Shown here one piece after another: positions 39,801 through 51,992 of a stretch of DNA of 64,000 nt (position 1 is the stretch's first letter; each line of letters opens with the position of its first letter). This DNA comes from Isurus oxyrinchus (lineage: Eukaryota), in assembly GCA_026770705.1 (NCBI GenBank), contig JANJGN010000152.1, positions 248,001 to 312,000 on the forward strand, given 5' to 3'. The translations under genes were made by a program, and so were the position numbers. The notes below the pieces were generated by a model. That model was not told the DNA's origin. It saw only the letters and a list, made by a program, of their open reading frames with translations, and ran no database searches.

Positions 39801-42505
39801 CCTTCAACAGAACTGAGTGAATATTAGGAGAGAGATGAAATATAAGCTGGTTTAAGGTGGGGAAGGGGTGGGGGGAGAGAAGTCGGGGGGTGTTGGTGGT
39901 GGTGTTGGTGTGGTTGTAGGGACAAGCAAGCAGTGATAGAAGCAGTTAATCAAAAGATGTCACAGACAAAAGAACAAAGAGGTGTTGAAGGTGGTGATAT
40001 CTAAACAAATGTGCAAATTAAGAATGGATGGCAGGGCACTCAAGGTACAGCTCTAGTGGGGGTGGGGTGGAAAGACTAGCTGGGTATAAAAAAATTAAAA
40101 ATAATGGAAATAGGTGGGAAAAGAAAAATCTATATAAATTATTGGAAAAACAAAAGGAAGGTGGAAGAAACAGAAAGTGGGTGGGGATGGAGGAGGGAGT
40201 TCAAGATCTAAAGTTGTTGAATTCGATATTCAGTCCAGAAGGCTGTAAAGTGCCTAGTCGGAAGATGAGGTGCTGCTCCTCCAGTCTGCGTTGGGCTTCA
40301 CTGGAACAATGCAGCAAGCCAAGGACAGACATGTGGGCAAGAGAGCAGGGTGGAGTGTTAAAATGGCAAGTGACAGGGAGGTTTGGGTCTTTCTTGCGGA
40401 CAGACCGCAGGTGTTCTGCAAAGCGGTCGCCCAGTTTACGTTTGGTCTCTCCAATGTAGAGGCGACCACATTGGGAGCAACGAATGCAGTAGACTAAGTT
40501 GGGGGAAATGCAAGTGAAATGCTGCTTCACTTGAAAGGAGTGTTTGGGCCCTTGGACGGGGAGGAGAGAGGAAGTGAAGGGGCAGGTGTTGCATCTTTTG
40601 CGTGGGCATGGGGAGGTGCCATTGGTGGGGGCTGAGGAGTAGGGGGTGATGGAGGAGTGGACCAGGGTGTCCCGGAGGGAACAATCCCTACAGAATGCCA
40701 CCGGTTGGGGGGGGGGGGGGGTGCGGTGGGGTAGGGGTGGTGAAGGGAAGATGTGTTTGATGGTGGCATCATGCTGGAGTTGGCGGAAATGGCTGTGATA
40801 TCTTTTGATTATCTGCTCCTATCACTGCTTGCTTGTCCCTACAACCACACCACCGCCTCCCCCCACCACAACTTCTCTCCCCCTCCCCCAACCCACCCAC
40901 CCCCCCACCCCCACCTTAAACCAGCTTATATTTCACCCCTCTCCTAATATTCACTCAGTTCTGTTGAAGGGTCATGAGGACTCGAAACGTCAACTCTTTT
41001 CTTCTCCGCCAATGCTGCCAGACCTGCTGAGTTTTTCCAGGTAATTCTGTTTTTGTTTTGGATTTCCAGCATCCGCAGTTTTTTTGTTTTCATAACTGAG
41101 ACAGTGTTCAGTGCAGTGATTACTGATACAGGCTCTAGGTAAATATTAACTGAGACAGGGCCTGGTGCAGTGATTACAGTGACAGGGCCTAGTTTAATAT
41201 AAACTGAGACAGGGCCTGGTGCAGTGTTCACTGATACAGGACATAGATAAATATAACTGGGACAGGGGTTGTTGCAGTGATTACTGCTGCAGGGACTAAA
41301 TAAATACAAACTGAGACTTGGTCGAGTGCAGAGATAACTGAGACAGGGCCAAGATCAATAAAAATTGAGGCAGGGTCTAGTGCACTGATTAATGATACAG
41401 GTCTAGATTAATATAAACTCAGACAGTTTCTAGTGCAGTGATTACTGACACAGGGTCTAGATTGATATATACTGAGGCAGGGCATACTGCAGTGATTCCT
41501 GTTTCAGGGTCTTGAGTAATATAAACTGAGACAGGCTCTAGTGCAGAGATTACTGATACAGGGTCTAGCTTAATATAAACTGAGGCAGTTTCCAGAGCAG
41601 TGATTACTGATACAGGCTCTAAATTAATATAAACTGAGACAGCGGCTAGTGCAGTGATTACTGATACAGGGACTAGATTAATATGAAGTAAGACAGGCTA
41701 TCATGCTCGTATTACTGATACAGGTACTATATTAACATAAATTGAGCCTGCATCTAATGCAGAGATTACTAATACAGGGTCTAAATCAATATAAATTGAG
41801 ACACTGCCTTGGACATTGAATACTGATACAAGGTCTTGATTAATAGAAGCTGAGGCAGGAGCAAGTGTAATGATTACTGATACAGGCTCTAATTTGATAT
41901 AAACTGAGGCAGAGCATAGTGCAGTGATTACTTATATAGGGTCAAGATAAGTATAAGCTGGGACAGAGTCAAGTGCAATGATTACTGATTAAGGTTATAG
42001 ATTAATATAACTTGAGATGGGCTCTACTGCTGTGATCACTGATTCCAGCTCTTGATTAATATAAACTAAGACAGGCTCTACTGCAGTGATTACTGTTTCA
42101 GGGTCTAAACTAATAGAAACTGAGACAGGGTTTGTGTAGTGATTACTGAAGATTAATATAAACTCAGGCAGGGTCTAGTGCAGTGATTCAGCATCTAGAT
42201 TACTAAAAACTGAGACTGGATCCAGTGCAGTGTTTACTGATACAGCGTCTAGATTTATATAATTTGAGGCAGGGTCTAGCGCAGAGAAGACAGATACAGG
42301 GTCTGGATTATTATAGACTGAAACAGGGTCTGGTGCAGTGATTACTGACATAGCGTCTAGATTAATACAAACTGAGACAGGGTCTACTGCAGTGATTACT
42401 GACACAGTGTCTAAATTAATATAAACTGAGACAGTGTCTAGTGCAGTGATTCCTGAATTCTGCTCTGGACGAATATAAACTGAGACAGGGCCAAGTGCAA
42501 TAATT
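33810..42505 (+). repeat. 27-bp/54-bp dimeric satellite array (CAGGGTCTAGTGCAGTGATTACTGATA + CAGGGTCTAGATTAATATAAACTGAGA)
   Basis: Roughly 270 monomers; contains an inverted block (34468-34992) and a Penelope insertion. Confidence 0.97.
39715..41093 (-). mobile_element. Penelope-like element, 5'-truncated, with inverted terminal repeats
   Basis: ORF 40701-40201 with CxxC pairs and GIY-YIG (LVYCIRCSQCGRLYIGETKRKLGDRFAEH...LEEQHLIFRLGTLQPSGLN); about 39716-39965 inverted vs about 40795-41055; flanking aactgagacagt is a possible TSD. Confidence 0.95.
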
Positions 42506-43759
42506 ACTTCATCATTGACGCCCGTATCCCAAGAACAAATTAAAACGCTGCAAAATACTGCGGATTCTGGAAAACTAAAGCAAGACAAAAAAAATAACAC
42601 TCAGCAGGTCAGTGGGCATCAATAGAGTGAGAAAAAGATCAAACTTGCAGGTCGATGACAGATGCAAAATCTCCCTTGGTATTACTCTGTAGAGCAGGAC
42701 TGATCTTCCCACTATCCTTCACCAATATTCATTCTTCAACTAAAATTACATATTATCTAGTCATCTTTCACAGCTTTATTCATGGGATCTTGCTGTGCAC
42801 AAATCACCGGATGGATTTCCAACATCACAGCAGTGACGAAACTTCAACAAAACTACGAGTTTTAAGGATTTTAGGGTTTCATCAGGTCATAATCAACATT
42901 CTTTCAATGCAAACTCTTTCTAAGTGTTAGCATTTTAAAATGCTAGTTGTGATACGTTGAAAACTGTGAGACTAATATAATAATAGGTCGCTCCTCTGGC
43001 TGCTGTTTTAAACTGTCCGGTTTAAATGGGTTAAGTCTTCCAATAAATTGACATTCAGTGGAATTCTAGCCTGTTCAAAGATTCTTCGTTGATTGTGATA
43101 GGACAATTTTCAGAACTGAATTATTAATTTAAATGTAATTTTAATTGTTTGAAATAAATAACATCTGTTCTAATGGATCTTGAAGTGGTTTCTATTAATT
43201 TTGTACCAACTGTCAATATTCTTAAAATAAACCCTTGTTTTGAGTTGGAACCAATCAATAAGTGTCTGTGTTTATCTGGTTTTGCTGCCATGGACACTTC
43301 ATTGAAACCAGTGAGGCGTTTATGTAAATAAACACAGAAATAGAAGTCCCAGATTAGATTCTGGAGACACAAAAACACAGCAAATATTTCCCCATTAACA
43401 AAGCACAGAAATGGAGTCAAACATGCAAATACATCAACAGATTCCAGTAGCAATTGTTTTTTGGACATTTTTAAAATCAGTTATGTGAGAATTATGTCAC
43501 GATGACATCTGTGTTGAGAATTAAGAAAGATTCCCACTTATCATGAAATATAATGTCACGGCAAATGTGTTTGTACAGATTTCCTGTATCCTCTGTCTCT
43601 CTCTCTGTCTCTTTCTCCTCTCTGGTTCTGTGTCTTGTCTCTCCACCATGGGTCATTGTCTTCACTCCACAACATGAAGTGAATGTCTAGCCAATGTATT
43701 CTCCCAGCACGATTCAGACACTTCAAACTAAATGGATCTAATGAAATGGATTGGAATCC

Positions 43760-44770
43760 GTGGAGGGAACTTTACTCTAAATCAGTTTTGAGTCTTCAAT
43801 GACCTGGGAGTGCTTGATGGGAAACTGCAAATGAAAATTTACTCTGCGCCTAACCTGTGTTGTAGCCAGTAGCGAGGATTTGATGTGGCCGTGCCAAAGG
43901 ATCTTTCCTTGTATCTAACCCGTGCTGTCCCTGCCTTTGCAGCGTCTGATGGGGCAGTGAGGAGGGAACTTAATTTTGCACTGTACCTGCACTGTACCTG
44001 TCCTAGGAGTATTTGATACGACTGTGTAGAGGGAGATTTACTCTGTATCTAAACTGTGCTATACCTGACCTGGGAGTAATTGATAGGGCAGTTTAGAGGG
44101 AGCTTTACTCTGCATCTAAACTATGCTGTATTTGACATGCCTGTGTTTGATGAGACAGTGTAGTCGGAAATTTGCCCCATATCTAAGCCCTGGGAATGCC
44201 TGATGTGACGGTGCATAGGCAGCTTTCCTCTTTCCCTGCCCCCAGTGTCGAGCTGCCTGGGAAATGTCTGATGGAACAGTGCAGAGGAAACTTTACACTG
44301 TTTAGTACCCTTACCCTATACACCTTGACTGTGTTTGAGCGGACAATGTAGAGGAAGTTTTACCCTGTATCTAAACTATGCTGTACCTGTCCTGGGAATG
44401 TTTGATGGCGACAGTGTAGAGGGAGTTTTACTCTGAATCTAACCCGTGCTATACCTGACTTGGAAGTTTTTCATCTGACGACATAGAGGGAGCTTTACAT
44501 CATTAATCTTGCCCCATGCTACACCTGCAGCTGTTTGATGGAGCCGTGGGCCTTGTCTCTGCATTACACTAGGTCATGTCTTACCGTATCTAAACCGCCC
44601 TGTACCTGCCCTGGGAGTGTTTCATGGTGAGAGTTTCGAGGGAGTTTCACTCACTTTGACACGTGCTGTACCTTCCCTGGGAGTGTTCAATATGGCAATG
44701 TAGAGGGAACTTTAAATTTTGTGCCTGGCCCCATGCTGTACCTATCCTGGGAGTGCTTGATGGGACAGTA
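43760..44770 (+). repeat. 67-bp tandem repeat (tgtatctaacccgtgctgtacctgccctgggagtgtttgatgggacagtgtagagggagctttactc)
   Basis: Period 67 measured between 44041 and 44108; isolated copies near 58820-58930 and 59545-59620. Confidence 0.9.
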
Positions 44771-46110
44771 GACCTGGTCTCGATATTGCATTCGACCGTG
44801 GCCCTGTCCCTGTTTATATTAATCAGGCCGGACCCTGTCTCTGTTTATATTACACTAGAACCTGTCTCTGTATTACACTAGGCCCTGTCCCTGTTTATAT
44901 TACACTCGACATGTCTCTGTTTACATTATACTCGACATGTTTCTGTTTATATTGCAACAGACACTGTCTCTGTTTGCATTACACTCTGCCTTGTCCCTGT
45001 TTATATGACATTCAACATGTCCCTGTTTATATTATACTCGATATGCCTCTGTTTATCTTGCACTAGACGGTGCCTCAGTTCAGATTGCACTAGGCCCTGT
45101 TCCAGTTTATATTACACTCAACATGTCTTTGTTCACACTGTACTAGACCCTGTTTCTGTTTATATTACATTAGACCCTGTGTCTGTTTGAATTACACTTG
45201 GCACGTCTCTGTTTATATTACACTCGACTTGTCTCTGTACTATTTTTGCACTCGATGCTGTCTTTGTTGATTTGAACTATGCCCTGTCCCTGTTTACATT
45301 AAACTGGACCCTGTATGTAATTGGACCCAGTCTCTGTTTGTAATACACTAGACCCTATTTCTGTTTATCTGACACTAGACCCTGTCTCTAATTATATTAC
45401 ACTGGACCCCGTTTCTGTTTATAATACTCTCGACCCTGCCTTTGCTTCCATTAAACAAGGCTCTGTCTCTGTTCTTATTATACATGACATGTCTCTTTAT
45501 ATATTGATCTAGAACTGTCTCTGTATTTCAGCAGACGCTGTCTAAATTCTGTGCTAGATCATGTCTGTATTTAAATTACATTAGGCCCTGCCTCAGTTGG
45601 TCTTACACTGAACAAGTGCAATAACGTGGAAATTAGCTGGGGTGGAAACAGTGAAGATAATACAGCAAGATGGTGGGAACAGTAAGGATGCAAAAATTCT
45701 TTTGGGAACAATTATCTTGGGTGCTTATTTAGATGTCGTGACTTGCCCTCCCTGCATCCCAGATTTGTGTTCATAAACTGCAGATCTCTCTTACCTTGCA
45801 GCTGTTTAAATTTAACTCCTATTTCTCGGGTCTAGTGCAATAAAGTAAGGGGATATAGTAATGTAATATAAAGAGAGGACAATTACATAAGTAACTGAGA
45901 CAGGATCTCATGTTACAGAAACAGAAGCATGGACTAAAGCAGTAACAATATGACAGGCCTAGTGTAGTATGAACAGAGACACGGTGGAGTGCAGCAATAA
46001 CCGAGACAGGGTCCAGTGTTACAGTAACAGAAACATGGACTACAGCAGTGATAATGTGGCTGGCCCAGTGTAATATAAACAGAGACAAGGTGGAGTGCAG
46101 CAATATTGAT
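44770..46110. repeat. 27-bp-satellite-related arrays (- to about 45620, then + 45830-46110)
   Basis: Recurring gaccctgtctctgtttatattacacta. Confidence 0.85.
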
Positions 46111-46114
46111 AACA

Positions 46115-47015
46115 GATGTCCTGAAGTCCCACAGAACCAGATACGATATGCATGGAGATACCTCCTGGTGATTACCCTCCCTCAGCTGATGAATCTGTAC
46201 TCCTTCATCTTTTGCACTACTTGAAAGAAACACTGAGTGTAGCAAGGGCAATGAATGTGCCGTGAATTTGCAAAATCAATTACCATTTGACAAGACCACT
46301 AATGACTGAGCTGCAGGGTCCTGAACGACATATCTGCCAGACTGGACCTGCCACAGATGGTGATAGAGCCAACACGATAGAGAACCCTATCCCATCTCGG
46401 GCCGATCACACTATTGATATAGGTGTGATTGACCCCTGCACTGTCCTTGTTTAAACCAAGGCTGGTATTCACACTGGGCACATTCTCTATTGTGTTGTGC
46501 TGCACTGCCGCCATGCTAAACATGATACATTCAGAACAGATCTAGCATCTCAAAACTTGGCATCAACGAGATGCTGTTGGCCATCAGCAGCAGAATAATT
46601 GCATTAAGTCCCAACCTGTGATCTCATGGTGAATAACTTACCTCCGGGCTCCCCGAAGCCTTTCCACCATCTGCAAATCTGCAAGTCAGATGGCTGTTGG
46701 AAGTTGTTTACTTTCCTGGATGAATGTAACTGCAGCAACACTCAAGAATCTCCACGCCAACCAGGGGAAATCAACCCCTTGGTAGGCACCTGATCCAGGA
46801 GTTAAACATTCATTCCCTTCACCAACGTTACACAGTGGCTGCAGTGTGAACCATCCACAAGATGCACTGCAGTAACTCGCCAAGGCCTCTTCAACAGCAA
46901 ATTCCATGCCTGTGACCTCCACCTCCCAGAATAACAAGGGCAACAAGCACATGGGAACGCAATGCCCTGAATCCTCCTGCGCATAGTACTCAAGAGTCTT
47001 GGGCACTGGCAATAG
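46115..47015 (+). mobile_element. Decayed LINE of the same family as 20690-23130
   Basis: ccctccctcagctgatgaatc, gaacagatctagca, accatctgcaa...gcagcaacactcaaga are collinear with that copy. Confidence 0.75.
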
Positions 47016-47639
47016 AGAAGCGATATCTGAAATCTAATTCTGCTGACTGCGCTGAAAATGAATACCAAGTGCTGCGTAGCATATGCAGCTGATCCGTTAC
47101 CGCCTGTTTCAGGCTATTGCCATATACCGATTTCTAGCCTAACATCTATATTTATAATATTATCTTTCATCTCACAAAAACATGGAGTAACACGGCCATA
47201 ATTTAAACAGAGGCATAGATTAAAGCAAAACACTGCGGATGCTGGAAATCTAAATAAAAACAGAAAATGCGGACAAACTCAGCAGGCCTGACAGCATCTG
47301 TGGAGAGAGAAACAGAGTTAATGTTCCGAGTCCATGTGATTCTTCTTCAGAGACATAGTCTAGTGCCCTAGTTAAAATGATTAGGTATGGACAATATAGT
47401 CATAGTCAAGATCTAATATAATATGAAAAGAGACAGGGCCTCGTTTAATATAAACAGAGACAGGGTTTAATGTAATATAAATAGAAACAGGGTCCAGTGC
47501 ATTACAAACTGAGATGGCTTCTAGTGGAACGTTATCGAGATGGAGTCTATTTTAATACAAACAGAGGCCTGATCCAGCACAGTAGAAATAACGTAATTCC
47601 CAGGAAATTAATAACAGAACCAGAATCCTGTATAACATG

Positions 47640-48170
47640 GAAGGGGCGATCGTGCAGTGGGAGCGTCACTGGATTAGTAACCCAGAGATCCAGGCCTTTT
47701 CCCTGGGGATAGGGGCTTGAATCCCATTATGGCAGCATGTGGAATGCAAATTCAATTAATAAATCTGGAATTGAAAGCTCGTCTTAATAAGGGAGACCAT
47801 GAAACTATAATCGATTATATTAAACATCCATCTAGTTCACAGGTACCCTTTAGGGAAGAAAATCTGCCGTCCTTACCCAGTCTAGACCATATTTATTTTC
47901 TTCACTCATGGGAATGTGGGCGGCACTGGCTAGGCCAGCATTTATTGCCCATCCCTAATTGCCCTTGAGAACAGTGTGGCTTGTTAGGCTATTTAAGAGT
48001 CAACTACATTGCTGTGGGTCTGGAGTCACATGCAGTCCAGACCAGGTGGCATTAGTGTGAACCAGATGAGTTTTTACGACAATGTTTCATGGTCATCGTC
48101 AGATATTTGAATTCAAATTTCAGCATCTGCCGTGGTGGGATTCAAACACAGACCCCAAGCAAATTACTGG
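47640..48170. mobile_element. Two tRNA-derived SINE copies in opposite orientation (47640-47885 +, 47895-48170 -)
   Basis: Both match 51617-51992. Confidence 0.75.
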
Positions 48171-49049
48171 CCCAGTGAGAATACAACTGCACCACAGCTT
48201 CCCATACATATAACTCCAGACCGACAATTTTGTGAGGTCCCATTCTCGGGTTATTTGTTTAATTGCCCACCACCATTAACGACTGGATGTGACAGGACTG
48301 CAGAGGTAAAATCCAATCCGTTGGATGTGGGATCTCCAAGAATATGTGATATGAATATTGGTATTGACTGGTGCAGTATTAATTGAAATGGCGTACAGTG
48401 AAATATAAACAGAGACAGTGTTTGGTCTAACATAAAAATAGATGGAGTCCAAATTAACAAGACAGAGACAGGGTCCAGTGCAGTGTTAATTGAGACAATG
48501 CCTGCTTTATGGAATGTATCCTTCAAGATTTCAAATCCATCTGCTGGCCAAACTTTGCAATTGCAGCTCCTGTGAAAATGTCGCTGTCAGGTTAGACCTT
48601 TGACATTATTGTATCAAGAATCCACTTCCCCAGATGTAGTACCACATCACCTTCTGCGGGAGGTGTCAAAATTTAACACAATTCAACTAATTGCAGATGA
48701 ACGTGGTTGATTAGCGCACGTTAAAGTCAGCACCAGAGTAAAGTGGCCCAATTCCTGGTGATGCAACTTTTTTCATCTTGATTAAAGGGAGGGATGTTGA
48801 CCAGGGCGCTGTACAGAGAAGGCGGGAATTTTAATATCCACCTCAACAAACATGATGCTGGGGAGAGCTTATTGGTTCATGATACCACCTGAAAGTCAGT
48901 TAGGGTCATTTTCTTCAATAGTTCAGAGATACGGAGCCTCCCAAAAAGTCAAGGTGGGATCTTAAGTTGAAGCACAAGATGCCATTTTGGTCTCAGTGTG
49001 TGTGTGAGTGTGTGTGTGTGAGGTAAAGAGAGAGGAGAGGGAGAAGCAG

Positions 49050-50610
49050 ATCATATTGTTTGCAACTGAATTTCACGAAGATCCTGGAAAAACTTCCATC
49101 CATGAAAGGTCACAGACAGACAATGGAAACAAACCATTTCAGATGTGCTGATGGCCAAGGAGGCCAATTGTTGTGAGGCAGGTTCTGCTGGAAGTGCTGC
49201 ACATGAATGTACAAAATGTCGTTGTGGCTTGTTTTTTTTCCAGCGATGGCTTCTATTGCCAAACTGCTGTAGCCACTTGTCATCATGATGGTTCACGCCA
49301 ACCCACAGGAGGTGTTGCCATTTTCCTCAGTCGTGTGTTAGTTAGACAGTTGTGATAATCGATATTCAGGGCCTTCACTTCAAGCATCCTTGAAGCAGAG
49401 CTTTGGGCATCCCACTGGTTGTCTGGCTCCGGCTCCCTCTCCTTACAGAAAGTCCTTGTGCATGTGAACATGATCCACCCTGCAGACGTTCCCAAACCAC
49501 CAGCACCTCCTCTGTTTCATGAGCTCTTTAGTCTTAGGAGATCTGCCTTTGAGTGTACCACTGCATTCATGACTTTATCCTGCCAGTGCATACCCATAAT
49601 ATGCATCAGGCAACAAACATGGAAATTGTGGAGCTTCTTTTCTTGATAACTGTAAGTCGTCCATATTTCACAACCATACAGCAAGGTGCTGAGATCACAA
49701 GCCTTATAAACCATCATTTTGGCCCTAAGGGTCAGTTTGATGTTATTCCAGGGGCGTTTCATGAATCAGCCAAAGCTGGCACCTGCTTTCCCCATGCGGG
49801 TATCACGTTCTGAAGCAAGGAACAAGCTGCCTGTCACTGTGGAACGCAGGGAGCAGAATTTACTCCCATCCGGGTGTTATTTAGTGTGATCAACGGCGGA
49901 AATGCAACACCTTGTCCCAAGACCAGGGTTTCTTTCATGTTTATAGTCAGGGAGAACAAGTTACAGGCATGGAAGAGTCAGTTCATCAGTCTTTGTGGAC
50001 GAGTTTCCAGTTTGATGACAAAGTTATCAGCTTCGAGCAATTCTTTGATCAGGATTCAATGTGGTTTTTGTCTTCGCTATCTGTCTTCTAGATTATGGGG
50101 CTTGCGGTCTAACCAAGTGTAACAGTAGACTCCTTCCATATCTACAGTGAAGGCAAAGATCAGAAGCATGGGGAAGAAGATGTCAAACAGAGTGGGACTA
50201 GGAGACATGGCCTGTTTCACTCCGAATCTGTCGGAAGTGGAATCATTAATCTGTACAGTGCAATGCATGTTGTCATGCAAGGAGTGAATGGACTGAGGAG
50301 CTTTGGTGGGCAGCCAATTTTCCCCAAAATCTTGCACAGTTCTGTTCTGCTGACGGTGTCGAGCGTATGGATCAGATCATGTCCAGAGTATACCTTCTGA
50401 CACCAACACCACACTGTGCTTCGGCCTGCAAGTCGACGAAGTCTTTAAAGTATGACCCGAGCAAAGGCCTTCCCCGAGACTCTATGCGTGAGATATTCCT
50501 GTAGTTGTTGCAGTCTCACCTGTCAGCTTTGTTTTCAAATAGTGCCATGATTATTGTTACTCATCTCCTGCAGAACGGATCTTATCTGTTAGCAGAGGAG
50601 GATAAGGTCG
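49050..50610 (-). mobile_element. RTE-clade LINE, decayed RT and C-terminus
   Basis: GCPPKLL, GVKQ..SPTLF.IFF, KMMVYKAC.LSTLLYGCEIWT motifs. Confidence 0.88.
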
Positions 50611-50630
50611 TGAAGGCTGAGAAATATACA

Positions 50631-50810
50631 TAATTATATGTACCAATCATTATCAATTCACAAAGATAAATAATTATATTCACCAATTAGCATCCATTCA
50701 TGCAGATAAATAATTATATTCCCCAATTACCATCCATTCACAAAGGCAAATAATTATATTCATCAATTATCATCCATTCACAAAGATAAATAATTGCTTT
50801 AACCAATTAT
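50631..50810. repeat. 40-bp minisatellite, 4.5 copies
   Basis: taattatattcaccaatta.catccattcacaaagataaa at 50631, 50671, 50711, 50751, 50791. Confidence 0.95.
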
Positions 50811-51157
50811 TTTCAGTATTTTATTTCATATAAAATGTAATTGCGGTTCATGTAATATCATTAACATTGATTGAGATCACGTTGACCATTCTGTCAGCAA
50901 GGAATCATATCTGTCCCAGAATTCAGTGGGAAATGGAATTAAATCAGAGTGAGGATAATGAGCAGCTACCCAGCAGCATCACCTCATCATCACACAGAAA
51001 CTCCTGATATGTAACTGGAGTGTGTGAAGATTTGTAAAGTGATGGTATGAATAAAGCTATCTGGACTTGATATTAGTTGATAAATATTTAAATCCAGATT
51101 TGTTATTTCCCTCGTCTGGAAGGTAATGAAATATTTGCGGCCCTCCATTGAGTTTCA

Positions 51158-51516
51158 CACTATTTCTGTCCCACAGTAATAATGGTTACTCTGTAACCTT
51201 CATTTATTTGGGTGAGGACATGTTGAATGTTTCCACAGTTTCCAAGTATTACAATCTTCCACCCTAATCCGAATTAGGTGCCCGCTTTCTGTCTTAAAGA
51301 TGATGATTCACCATCAGCAGGGGAGAATCAACAGTAGCGCAGGGACATTTCCAGCCTTCTCTTGGTGACGTTCAGCTCGTTAGTTCCCGATAGCCAGGGG
51401 ATGGAATTCATCCAGAAAATCTGGAAGGAGTGAAGATATTAGACTGACACAAATGAAATACAGGACCAGTTTCAAGATATGATGTGGTCAAGCACAAAGA
51501 TGAAAATGGAGAACAT
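51158..51516 (-). pseudogene. Decayed antigen-receptor V relic of uncertain class
   Basis: Leader-like MFSIFIFVL from 51516; acceptor ccttccag at 51421; IGN(Y)ELN.HQEKAGNVPALLL; VLT..MKVTE; TATTACTGTGGG (YYCG); degenerate heptamer AATAGTG. Confidence 0.5.
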
Positions 51517-51616
51517 CTTTCAGGCGCATCTATGCATCGATCAATGCATTCACTGATTCCTTGATCAAAATATTCATTCCTGCATCACTGCAGTCATCCC
51601 TCTTTTCTTTGGCAGA

Positions 51617-51992
51617 CGGTGGTGTTGTATTAATGTCACTGGGCTAGTAACCCAGAGACCCAAGCTATTCACCTGGGGACACGAATTCAAATCCCACCAT
51701 GGCAGCTGGTGAAATTTAAATTAAATTAGAAAGCTGGGATTGAAAACTGGTCCCATTGAAGAGAACCATGAAACTATGATCTATTGTGGAAAAAGGTCAC
51801 CTGATTCACTAATGTCCTTTAGGAAAGGAAATCTGCCACTGTACCTAATCTGGCCTACATGCTACTCCAGATCCACAGCAACATGGTGGACGCTTTCTGC
51901 CCCCTGAAATAGCCTCACAAGACACTCAGCTCAAGAGCAGTTAGGGAAAGGCAACAAATGCTGGCCTTGCCAGTGACTCTCACATCCCGTGA
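51617..51992 (+). mobile_element. Full-length tRNA-derived SINE
   Basis: A/B-box-like head (cggtggtgttgt...gaattcaaatccc) and LINE-type tail (gggaaaggcaacaaatgctggcc...cacatcccgtga). Confidence 0.85.

Noticed and set aside
33810-42505. CRISPR-like regular array
   Set aside because: Eukaryotic tandem satellite with no unique spacers.
33907-42600. Many minus-strand ORFs with LDPVSVITA repeats
   Set aside because: Artefact of a 27-bp (9-codon) satellite; frequent stops and no gene structure.
43423-43430. Octamer ATGCAAAT as an Ig promoter
   Set aside because: No leader or V exon found downstream; several such 8-mers occur at random in the window.
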